Positions 12,780-23,729 of a DNA stretch of 64,000 bases are shown here, piece after piece. The stretch covers positions 16,616,001 through 16,680,000 of the forward strand of contig OZ076421.1 in assembly GCA_964187785.1 (NCBI GenBank), in the 5' to 3' direction. Below the pieces are notes generated by a model that worked only from the letters and a program-made list of their open reading frames with translations, was not told where the DNA came from and did not search any database. Both the position numbers and the translations under genes were made by a program. Origin of the DNA: Amphiscolops sp. MND2022. Taxonomy: Eukaryota. How positions within the stretch are numbered: the first letter of the stretch is position 1; every line of letters starts with the position of its first letter.

Positions 12780-13530
12780 GTCTCAAGTTAACATATTCAA
12801 CTCTTTAATGCAAAAACATCTGCCTTCATTCCCATTCATTAAGCACTTTTCAAATTGTAAGTAAGGATACAGCTTCATATTGGTCCGCTGATCTTGTGTC
12901 TAATTCTTCCCAATCAGCAGAGTCGCTCCAGGAACAAAGTTTAATTCAAGAAGAACTAAAAACGCATATAGCCGAATGTATTTTTGTCGATCAAAAGTTC
13001 AGACATCAATCAATTTTAGGAACTCCTGGGACAGGTAAGACAAGACATATGTTTGGACTATGGCATTAGGCTAAGATCTTTCGAAAGGATTGTTTTCTTT
13101 GGTAATAACTTTTGTCGGAGATAAAACAGCTAACTTTGAGCGCCATTAAATCACTTTTCCAGGAAAAATCGAAAGGAAGAACATGTTTACTTTGCTCGAC
13201 AAAATAAGATACAAATTAAGGACAGGATCTGTTGTAGAACCTATTAATTGTTCAAGAATGTCGTACCTTCCTTTCTAAAACAGTCCCTGGAAAACCTAAC
13301 GGTTTTGTGTACTTGTTAATCAGTGTGAACCAGTGCTAACCCGAAACATTCTACACTGGTCAAACGAAACGCTCCCTTTCATTACGTCTTTCGGAACATA
13401 TCAGCGGAAACGAAACATATCATCAGATTTCACAAATGTATCGCATCGATTACCATGGGCCATTGCCGCGTTTGTTTGTAATTATGACTCCGATTGTTCC
13501 CGTAGAGACTGAGTGCGAGAGTTACAGATT
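12780..13530 (+). pseudogene. Decayed, internally deleted helicase (Walker A) + GIY-YIG endonuclease relic, Helitron-like by inference
   Basis: From 12872: ASYWSADLVSNSSQSAESLQEQSLIQEELKTHIAECIFVDQKFRHQSILGTPGTGKT. About 250 bp later: GFVYLLISVNQC*PETFYTGQTKRSLSLRLSEHISG, then after a frameshift PWAIAAFVCNY. Several stops and shifts. Confidence 0.65.
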
Positions 13531-14067
13531 TCAGGAAAAAGTTGAGAAAAATTATAACCCGTTTTTTTGCACCTGAGGTTATACTACTTGAGGTTAAAAA
13601 GATAAAATAATTATTTGGAAGATCATTAGGCTGGAATGGACGATAAGCGTAGTTCCAGGTTTGTTAACATTGGCCTAAGTTGCTGGAATTGACGATGAGC
13701 GTGGTTCCAGGTTGAAGATAAGTTGAAAAATCGTTTAACCATCGGGGTATTGTTGTCGGACGCTAATGGTAAGTAACTGTCGTTCTGAGGGAAATCACAT
13801 AGTTCTTCTGTGATAGTGAACGTGTGTTCTTCTTCACATCCTCTTGAAAGATCATAAAACTATCGGGGTATGGTTGCCAGACGTTCGTGGTAAGTAAATG
13901 TCATTCTAAGGGTATGCACACAGTTCAGGTGCAATAGTGAACATGTTTTTTTACCTGGACCAGGTACTTGTACTTTTGCACCAAAACAGTGATGCACTCA
14001 AAGAACAGCGCATTACGAGGACGATGTGGATGAAGAAGTGCAGTGGACGAGGACGACAGTGGTGGAT

Positions 14068-14360
14068 GAGCAGTAGAGCAGACGATGTGCACAAGGACAA
14101 CGATGGTGAATGAGCAGTACAGCAGTTGACAATGACAATACTAGCAGCCTACAGTGTATAGGCTACTTTCACACTTATTTTCTTGCACACACCCTATACA
14201 CATTTTCTTTAAAGAGAATCAAACGTACTTTTTGACTGAAAAAATACTGCCCAGACTACTGACTCAATTGAACTTTCTACCACTCCTACAATTGATTTTC
14301 CCTGAAAAGTATTACAAGGCTGAGCGGAGAGAGATGCGTTTGTCGAGTTGAGATACAATG
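14068..14360 (+). repeat. Diverged single copy of the array unit's tail-head junction
   Basis: actttttgactgaaaaaatactgccc...ctcctacaattgattttccctgaaaagtattacaaggctgag aligns with actttttgacagaaaaaaaaacaaactgccc...ctcctacaattggttttccctgagatgaactagaaggttgag (~12145-12250). Confidence 0.7.
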
Positions 14361-14697
14361 TCAAGTGAAGTGACAATACTAACAGTCACTTTTTTTTATA
14401 ATTGTTGACCAACTAAAGGGATAAAATGTCAAAAAAGGCCTATGGGTCTGACCAAAAAGCCTGGCATGCTTTTCGGCACTGCGCGTATGAAGCCGCTTGA
14501 GAGAGAAAAAAAGAGATAGAGGTACATGTACACGGAGTTTCGCGAGTTGACCAGACGCCCCAGTTGGTCTGACATGCTTTTCGGCACCGCATTTCCTGAA
14601 GCCGCTGAGATAGGTACGTTGTTTTTCATATGAAAGAAGTCAGGTATTAGTGATTTTTGAAGAACATTTTAATATCAACTTTTTTACATTACCTCAG

Positions 14698-15159
14698 ATA
14701 ACGAACGGTGAAATTCGAAAGTGTTGTATCCAATACATAGTTCGCTTAGTTCTACTAAGTGAACGTGCGTGAATCATACGTGACTTCAGTCTATCTTTCC
14801 ACAATGAGTTCCTTTTTAGAGATACAATGTTTTTGTCTGTGTCCACTGAAAAAATTAATTTCAAGGACGAATATGTGCCGCAAATTTCATTCATATGCAG
14901 CAAATACAAATTGTACTTAGTGGGAGGAAGATAAGATGATATGTTTGAATTGCTCAGCAACGAGCGGGTTCGAAGATTTGAGAGGTATGCCATTATATTA
15001 TTGTTCTATGAGGGCAATGGTGTCAATGATTTCCCCAAAAACGGTCACACATTATCACCTGGAGAAATCATCTTCGATATTACCAGCGTGTACGATATGC
15101 TACTACCGAGACGGATAATTTTGCTTGTTTGCCCTCTGAGAACAAATGGGCCTGGTTAG
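14698..15159 (+). pseudogene. Second, unrelated-looking SGNH-like ORF relic
   Basis: One frame with two stops: VRLVLLSERA*IIRD...LYLVGGR*DDMFELL...AIILLFYEGNGVNDFPKNGHTLSPGEIIFDITSVYDMLLPRRIILLVCPLR, resembling SGNH blocks I-III. Confidence 0.35.
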
Positions 15160-15175
15160 AGACTGAAGTAATTGA

Positions 15176-15375
15176 NNNNNNNNNNNNNNNNNNNNNNNNN
15201 NNNNNNNNNNNNNNNNNNNNNNNNNNNNNNNNNNNNNNNNNNNNNNNNNNNNNNNNNNNNNNNNNNNNNNNNNNNNNNNNNNNNNNNNNNNNNNNNNNNN
15301 NNNNNNNNNNNNNNNNNNNNNNNNNNNNNNNNNNNNNNNNNNNNNNNNNNNNNNNNNNNNNNNNNNNNNNNNNNN
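15176..15375. other. Assembly gap (200 N)
   Basis: Run of exactly 200 N; adjacency across it is not established by sequence. Confidence 0.99.
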
Positions 15376-18300
15376 AAAGAGAGTACGAGTGAAGACTGGG
15401 AGTACTTCATCACCAGGTGGGACGCCTACAAGACAGTCACACGCATAGCCGACCATGATGCCACCTTACAGCTCCTCGAATGTTGTGAAGACAGTCTACG
15501 CAAGGACCTCCAACGCTCCCACTCAAACATCGCCATGGCAACCGAGATAGACACTCCTGACAGCAATCAAGACTCTAGCTGTGAAGGCTGAGAACGCCAT
15601 GGTGAGCAGGATGACTCTCCTGACAATGACACAGGACAGAGAGGAGGGTGTTAGGCGTTTTCCCGCTCGCTAACGAGGTCAAGCTAACATCTGCAAGTTC
15701 TCGAAAAACTGCTCTCACAACCCATTTGAAGCACTTAATTACACTGACGACATGGTACGTGACGCTCTCATTAGAGGACTTGGCGAGAGCGACATCCAGC
15801 AAGATGTACTGGGACATAACGACCAGGACATGACCCTGGAGGACACGATTAGGTTTATAGAGGCCAAAGAAGCTGGTAAACGATCACAAGCAACTCTCCA
15901 GAACCCGAGTGCTGCGACAGTATCCTCGTATAAACAGACGGACAAAGACCAACACGTAGTCAAATGCCAAAATTTGGAAAACCAGGCCATGGTGATGGCC
16001 GCGATACACAGGCTAGGAAGGAAAAATGCAAGGCCTGGGACAAAATTTGTTCAAAGTGTGACAAAAGGAACCACTTCGCCAACGTCAGTAGGTCTAAACC
16101 CAAAAGGATCGGTGGAAACACAACGAAGGATGTAGATGAATTCAACACTGTGTTTCACAAAATGTGTAACATCTCGGTATGCTGCACGGTCATCTCTCAT
16201 AAAACCGGTCAACAGGCGGTCGTCCTTAACCACCACATTTCCGACGACAGAAACGGCTGGATCACAAGACGGTCGCCGCCACAACCGACACTTTCTCTCA
16301 CCGCCCGCTCTCATAAAAAAGACTATGAGGAGCTGGGGTACCGCCTTCTCACAAGGACACGCCAGAATAAGATAACCATGACGGCTGATACTGGTTGTCA
16401 ATCTGTCCTAGTTGGGATCAATATCATCCACAGACTGGGTTTCAAAAAATTGGACCTCAAACCCGTGAAAACAAAAATGTCGGCAGTGAATCGTGATGTC
16501 ACCCCAATTCTAGGGGCTGTTATCCTACGACTCTCCGGAAAGTCGGGGTCTGGCAAAGTAATCGAGACAGCACAAATATGCTATGTGACCGACGTGATAG
16601 AAGGTGCATATTTGAGTCGGGAAGCCTGTCCAACACTGGAAATTATCCCGAGCGACTTCCCGCGAATCGGATCAGCCTTTCAGCAACCCATGTCAGTCAG
16701 TTCAGCTGCAGCAAGCCCACGCGACGAGGAGTGCGACTGCTCCTGCCCCATACGCACCAAGCCGTCACCATTACCAACTGCTCTACCATTCCCAGCATTG
16801 GACGCCAACCGAACCGCTCTCCAGAATTGGATACTAGACAGATACCGATCCAGCACTTTCAACACTTGCGAATGCCAAACACTCCCTCTGATGGAGGGCC
16901 CGCCGTTGGAACTCCACGTCAACCCCGAAGCCAAGCCGATCGCAGTCCATAAACACATTCTAGTCCCTCTACACTGGCAACAGGAAGTGAACGACTCTAT
17001 CGACAGAGATGTCAAACTCGGGGTTCTGGAGGCTGTCCCAGTTGAAGAACCGGTTACCTGGTGCCATCGAATGGTCACAGCTCGGAAGAAAAACGGCAAA
17101 CCACGACGCACAGTGGACATGCAGGTGCTCAACAAACATGCTGTTCGTGAAACACATCACACCCAATCCCCGTTTCACCAAGCAACGCTGGTACCCCCAG
17201 GGACCAAAAAGACAATTACTGATGCTTGAAATGGGTATCACAGTGTACCAATCCGAGAAGAAGATCGCCACCTCACCACGTTCATCACGCCATGGGGTCG
17301 GTACCGGTACAAAACTTGTCCACAGGGCTACGCTGCTTCACAGGACGGATACACCAGAAGATTCAACGAGGTTGTCAATGATTTCCCCAACAAAACCAAA
17401 TATATCGATGACACATGCTTATGGGCAGACACTCTCGAAGAAAGCTTCTTTCAAACATGTCGTTGGCTAGACATCTGCGGTCGACACGGAATTGTTCAGA
17501 ATCTCGAAAAGTTTGTATTTGGCTCCGACACGGTAGAATTTGATGGTTTCGGCATTACTCCGACCGATATCCAGCCCAGTGACAAACATATCTGCGCAAT
17601 CGGTGACTTTCCTACGCCAAAAAACATCACTGATATCCGATCTTGGTTTGGCTTCATCAACCAAGTGTCGTACTGCGACTCCCTCCGCAACGACATGGCG
17701 CCTTTCCGCGAGCATCTCAAGCCGTCGTCAACGTTCTATTGGGATGATCAGCTGCAACAAGTTTTTGAGCAATCAAAGGCTGCTATACTGGACAAAATCA
17801 CCGAGGGTGTCCGGATATTCGACTCCAAACGTGTCACATGTCTCGCCACATATTGGTCCAAGAAAGGCATCGGTTTTTGACTCTTGCAGAAGTACTGCAC
17901 CTGTGAGGTCATCACTCCTGTCTGTTGCTCAACGGGATGGAAAATAGTGTTCGCTGGTAGCAGGTTCACACACCCAGCAGAATCAAGATATGCTCCTATT
18001 GAAGGGGAAGCATTAGCTGTGGTTTATTGACTGGCTCCCGCCCGTCACTTCGTACTCGGTTGCGACAACTTAGTAGTAGCTACCGACCACAAGCCGCTAC
18101 TCGGGGTCCTCAACAACCGACACCTCGGCGATATCAAAAATGAAAGACTACTGTCACTCAAGGAGAAGACGCTGCCATACCGTTTCTCTATAACCCATAT
18201 ACCCGGACAGAAACAAAAGTCGCCGGATGCAAACTCGAGGAAACCCATTGGTGAAGCAAAAAAACTTCCCTTGGATAGTGATTTCGAGGAGTCTGACTTC

Positions 18301-20401
18301 ATCGCTTGTATTGAACTGCGTCTCCGTCTTCCTGAGGCTACCATGACGTGGGAACCCGACACATCAGCTGATCTGGAAGAAAAGCTTGCAGTTGCTGCGG
18401 CCATCAATCTCGGCGACATTCGCGCTGTTACATAGGCGAAGGTCCAACAACACACCCTACGCGATTAAATTCTACAAAATCTGCAACAAAAGATCGAAGA
18501 CGGTTTCCAGGGCATTACCTGACGATTGGATCCTGCCCCGGTTATACGAGAATTCTTCCAATTCAAGGATGGACTCAGCACAGTAGATGGAGTGATTTTA
18601 TACAACAACAGGACTGTTATCCCATCACCACTAAGAGCACTAATCCTAGACACACTGCATTCTGCTCATCAAGGTGTCTCCTGCATGACGTCCAGGGCTG
18701 AATCTAGTGTCTTTTGGCCGGGCATTACGCCGGCTATTGCAATCTTGAGAGCCCGGTGCCGGTCATGCAACGAGCGTGCGCCTATTCAACCACATGGCCT
18801 TCGCTCGCGGCTCAGGAACCAGTTTACCCCTTCCAGTGCATCTGTGCGGATTACTTCAAATACAAGGGCTGCAATTACATGGTGGTTGTGGACCGCTATT
18901 CTGGTTGGCCGATTGTGCAGCAATCACGAGATGGTTCTTCAGGTCTTGTAAAATGCCTACGCGAAATTTTCGTTACATACGGCATTGCAGACGAACTATC
19001 GTCAGATGGCGTACGTGAATTCACGGCCGAGGAGACACAACCACTGTTGTCAAACTGGGGTGTCCATCACCGCCTCTCATCCGTTGCACTTGCCCACTCA
19101 AATGATCGCGCCGAGCTCGGGGTCAAAACCTGCAAGCGCGTGCTCATGGACAACACTGGCCCGAACGGCGAGATCAACCTCGACAAGTTTCAAAGAGGCA
19201 TGCTTCAATACCGCAACAACCCTGACCGCGATACCGGTTTATCCCCAGCACAAATGATCTTTGGACGACCCATAAAGGACTTCATCCCCATTCTGCTTGG
19301 TTCATACAGACCTCACAACACCTCGATAGAAACATCACAGGCCAGGGAAGAAGCAATGCGTGCTAGAAATGTCAGAAATGCTGAACGCCTCACCGAACAT
19401 ACGGTACAGTTACAACCCCTTAAAGTTGGCGATTGGGTCTTTATCCAGAACCAGACAGCTAACCATCCACTGCGATGGGATCGAACTGGCTTAGTAATCG
19501 AGGTGAAACAGTTCGACCAGTACGCCGTCAAAGTTGATGGATCGGGCAGAGTTACTCTCCGGAATCGGAAATTTCTACGGAAATTCGACAAGATCGTTGG
19601 GGACCACATACCCGGTACTACCCGCATCATCCAACTTTTGAAAACTCTCAACAACGCCAAGAATCTGTCTCCGGTGAGTCAACGAACCAACCCAGAACAG
19701 GGACAAGATTCACCTAAAGGAAAGCCGCAAACACCGCAACCGGAAACAAAGCGTCAAGTTCTGACCGGTGCACAGTTTACACAACACCCCCAGAGGCAAA
19801 CTGTCCCATATTCCCGCCAGAGACACCGGCAGTTACAATCAAAGACCCACTCAAGTTCAATTGCCCACCAAATGAGTCCCTCGGAGATGAGAACAAGCCT
19901 TTGCTGGACAAAGATGTCATGCCCCACATCCTTTCTGCTGGATCACCCGACAAGGAGTCCAGATGTTGTGATAAACTTAAAGAAACTGGGTCACCCAACG
20001 AGTCACCTCTAGCAAAGACCCCCCCCGGAGAACCCACGGACTTGCCCCAGACAGTCCCAGAGAGAAAAGCGACCCCCTGTGAGACTTGGGGACTACATTT
20101 GAATGTGGCAGTCCTCCCCGATATACTACGACCAGTTCGGACTGGGAGGGGGGGGGAGGGAAATGTACAATGTCGCAAACTCTATTATACCAGATTGTAA
20201 AATGTATAGATGTATTTTTAAAGTGTCATTTTTTTCAGAGGATCATTGTGTGAAATAAGTGTTTTATCAACACTGTTTCTACAAATAGAGGTTTCTATAG
20301 TCAGCTAGTCAGCTGGTCGGCTTTCAGCCATCTGAACCTGACACCCTCGCTGGGCTGAAAGTCCTTTCCTATGCTGTATCGTCTTGGGGTGACCTGAAAC
20401 A
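15376..20401 (+). mobile_element. Decayed Ty3/Gypsy LTR retrotransposon, Mag-like; 5' end lost in the gap
   Basis: Gag EDWEYFITRWDAY...LLECC and CxxC knuckle; protease ADTGCQS; RT PVTWCHRMV...DA*NGYHSV...KYIDD; RNase H; integrase HSAHQG...CRSC, CADYF...SSDG...RAELGVK. Many stops and frameshifts. Confidence 0.93.
20144..20401 (+). repeat. Polypurine tract (20144-20163) and 238-bp 3' LTR (20164-20401, TG...CA)
   Basis: gggaggggggggggagggaaa is followed directly by tgtacaatg...gacctgaaaca. Confidence 0.85.
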
Positions 20402-20776
20402 GGTTGAAAAAAAAACAGTCGAGAACGATCAACAAAACTGCGGTCGAAGGAATCTGATCGAAGTCATCCAATCGAAAAATTTTGATCGATAAATCGGAAA
20501 AGTATGCAATCATTCGAAACCAAATTTGATGAATCCGATTGAAAAAAGCATCGAATCCGAACATTAAATAAATATTAATCCGATCGAATAAACATTAAAT
20601 CTAACCAGTTGTAATTGAAACAGAAACACAATTATCAATGAACAGCTTCAAAATTACGTGAAAATGCGCATTGATATCCAATTCGGTGACAAAAATTACG
20701 ATTAAATCAACAAGATGGGCGGCAGTTTCAGAACATATAACACCGAAATTTAAAGTTTAAAGACACATCGATAGAA

Positions 20777-22219
20777 CAACACCTCGATAGAAACATCACA
20801 GGCCAGGGAAGAAGCAATGCGTGCTAGAAATGTCAGAAATGCTGAACGCCTCACCGAACATACGGTACAGTTACAACCCCTTAAAGTTGGCGACCGGGTC
20901 TTTATCCAGAACCAGACAGCTAACCATCCACTGCGATGGGATCGAACTGGCTTAGTAATCGAGGTGAAACAGTTCGACCAGTACGCCGTCAAAGTTGATG
21001 GATCTGGCAGAGTTACTCTCCGGAATCGGAAATTTCTACGGAAATTCGACAAGATCGTTGGGGACCACATACCCGGTACTACCCGCACCATCCAACTTTT
21101 GAAAACTCTCAACAACGCCAAGAATCTGTCTCCAGTGAGTCAACGAACCAACCCAGAACAGGCACAAGATCCACCTAAAGGAAAGCCGCAAACACCGCAA
21201 CCGGAAACAAAGCGTCAAGTTCTGACCGGTGCACAGTTTACACAACACCCCCAGAGGCAAACTGTCCCATATTACCGCCAGAGACACCGGCAGTTACAAT
21301 CAAAGACCCACTCAAGTTCAATTGCCCACCAAATGAGTCCCTCGGAGATGAGAACAAGCCTTTGCTGGACAAAGATGTCATGCCCCACATCCTTTCTGCT
21401 GGATCACCCGACAAGGAGTCCAGATGTTGTGATAAACTTAAAGAAACTGGGTCACCCAACGAGTCACCTCTAGCAAAGACCCCCCGGAGAACCCACGGAC
21501 TTGTTCCAGACAGTCCCAGAGAGAAAAGCGACCCCCTGTGAGACTTGGGGACTACATTTGAATGTGGCAGTCCTTCCCGATATACTACGACCAGTTCGGA
21601 CTGGGAGGGGGGGAGGGAAATGTACAATGTCGCAAACTCTATTATACCAGATTGTAAAATGTATAGATGTATTTTTAAAGTGTCATTTTTTTTCAGAGGA
21701 TCATTGTGTGAAATAAGTGTTTTATCAACACTGTTTCTACAAATAGAGGTTTCTATAGTCAGCTAGTCAGCTGGTCGGCTTTCAGCCATCTGAACCTGAC
21801 ACCCCCGCTGGGCTGAAAGTCCTTTCCTATGCTGTATCGTCTTGGGGTGACCTGAAACAGGTTGAAAAAAAACAGTCGAGAACGATCAACAAAACTGCGG
21901 TCGAAGGAATCTGATCGAAGTCATCCAATCGAAAAATTTTGATCGATAAATCGGAAAAGTATGCAATCAATCGAAACCAAATTTGATGAATCCGATTGAA
22001 AAAAGCATCGAATCCGAACATTAAATAAATATTAGTCCGATCGAATAAACATTAAATCTAACCAGTTGTAATTGAAACAGAAACACAATTATCAATGAAC
22101 AGCTTCAAAATTACGTGAAAATGCGCATTGATATCCAATTCGGTGACAAAAATTACGAATAAATCAACAAGATGGGCGGCAGTTTCAGAACATATAACAC
22201 CGAAATTTAAAGTTTAAAG
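20777..22219 (+). repeat. Tandem duplicate of ~19316-20762 (integrase tail + PPT + LTR + ~360 bp host flank); second LTR at 21621-21859
   Basis: Near-identical sequence at offset ~1457-1460; ORF 20817-21473 matches the C-terminus of 18714-20012. Confidence 0.95.
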
Positions 22220-22386
22220 TCTTGGCTTATGAAGATACATTTGAAATGCTTGAATGACCATCATGAGTTGTGAGTTATCACACAATAAATGGAAAATTGA
22301 TTATAAATCGATAATGATTATGAATTGATATTGAATTTATTAATTTTATGAACCAAATATTGAGATGTACCGGTTAGGGCAGAGAG

Positions 22387-23375
22387 TTAGCGACGACTAT
22401 TCATAATGGCAGATGCAATAGATGCCAGACTGAGACCTTCAACGAAATCGTCCCCATCTGAGGCTTCATCGGTGGAACTATTGGCGTGTTCGGAGTTGTC
22501 GTCAAAACTTTCAATTGGCAAAACTCGGTCAGAGGCACCAGGTCCAGGTTCATCATTCCGGTCCTGTGTCCGAGTTTCTATTCGTCGGGTAACTGGCAAC
22601 ACGCTTGAGTTAGGAATATCGTGTTCTTCATCAGTCACCTTATACTGTCTCTTAAAGTTCAACTGTTCAATTTGAAACGAAGCCTTGGTCAAAAACTCGT
22701 CAACATTCAAGGTACCATATAAAAACAAGGTTTCGGCAGTTTTGACTCGTCTTTCAATTGTAACATGTTTTGGACGTTTCGGGGATCGAATTTCACTTCC
22801 GTTTCGTGATTGTGCAATTTCGCTGTCGTTAGTTTGAATAATCATCTTAATACGATCAAAAAATGTCCAAAAGTTCGAATTATTGATGCAAAATCGGTTA
22901 GAAATAGAGCGACTGAATAACTCCACGGCCGCGTTGGTTCGCCTTTTTGCTCCAAAAACAGAACAACGCTTGGGGCCAATGAGATTTAACCAGTATTTCT
23001 CGAAATATTCATAAAAATGGACGACTCCTGAGTGATTGCGTTGTTGTTCGGGTAATTTTGAATGGTGTAGTCTGGTTTGATAAAAAGAAAAAATCAAGTC
23101 CGACGGCAAAAAAGATAGGCACAAAAACTTACGCAGCCACAATTTGAGTTCTTTATAAATGCTTGCATATGAAACAAGTCCAATTTTTTGCGCTTTTGGA
23201 AACACACTTGAGAAAAGTGGAAGAAACAACCCTGCAAAACAGCGTCTGTGAAAATAAAATGCAGAGAATGCTGGAGCGCTACCTCGAAGTCTGTAACAAT
23301 GGTTTTCGGTTATCCATCTACAATTTGGGCTGTACAACGGCATCCATGTTTAACATCCACACAGCGAAGATATAA
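22387..23375 (-). pseudogene. Mutator-like (MULE) DDE transposase, C-terminal fragment, frameshifted
   Basis: Minus strand: PKTIVTDFEVALQHSL...GCFFHFSQ, then WLRKFLCLSFLP...YFEKYWLNLIGPKRCSVFGAKRRTNAAVE...NFWTF, typical of MULE transposases. Confidence 0.85.
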
Positions 23376-23729
23376 GGTTATGCCATACGATTTGTCTGGA
23401 GAATATATAGAATTTTCATTGCTCACATGAACTTGAGTCCCCTTGCATGCTTCTTACATCACCCGATATGCCGTCGCATTTTCGACGTCGTTATCATTCT
23501 CATTCGCCACAACCGGATTCATCTCGGCCCTGAAATCAAGCACAATTTGAGTCGCAGGTAAGCAAATTTGACTGCAAACTCGATTGCTTCACGAAAAAAA
23601 AAGAGGTTCGACCTAATTCATTCGATCCGAGTTCTAGTGTTTTCAATTTTCGACCTCAAAACCTTTCGACCTTTTTCGACCAGAATTTTTTCGACCTGTT
23701 TCTTTCGACCTGTTTCGTGGCATCCTCGT

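Noticed and set aside
15103-15591. ORFs spanning the N run
   Set aside because: Artefacts of translating the assembly gap.
17227-18520. APOBEC/RIP-like hypermutation in the Mag-like pol (several TGG to TGA/TAG stops)
   Set aside because: Other stops and frameshifts of different types are also present; consistent with ordinary decay, and no consensus is available to test bias.
20164-21859. Small TRIM-like element bounded by the two 238-bp LTRs
   Set aside because: No PBS after the first LTR, and identical flank follows both LTRs; it is a segmental duplication.
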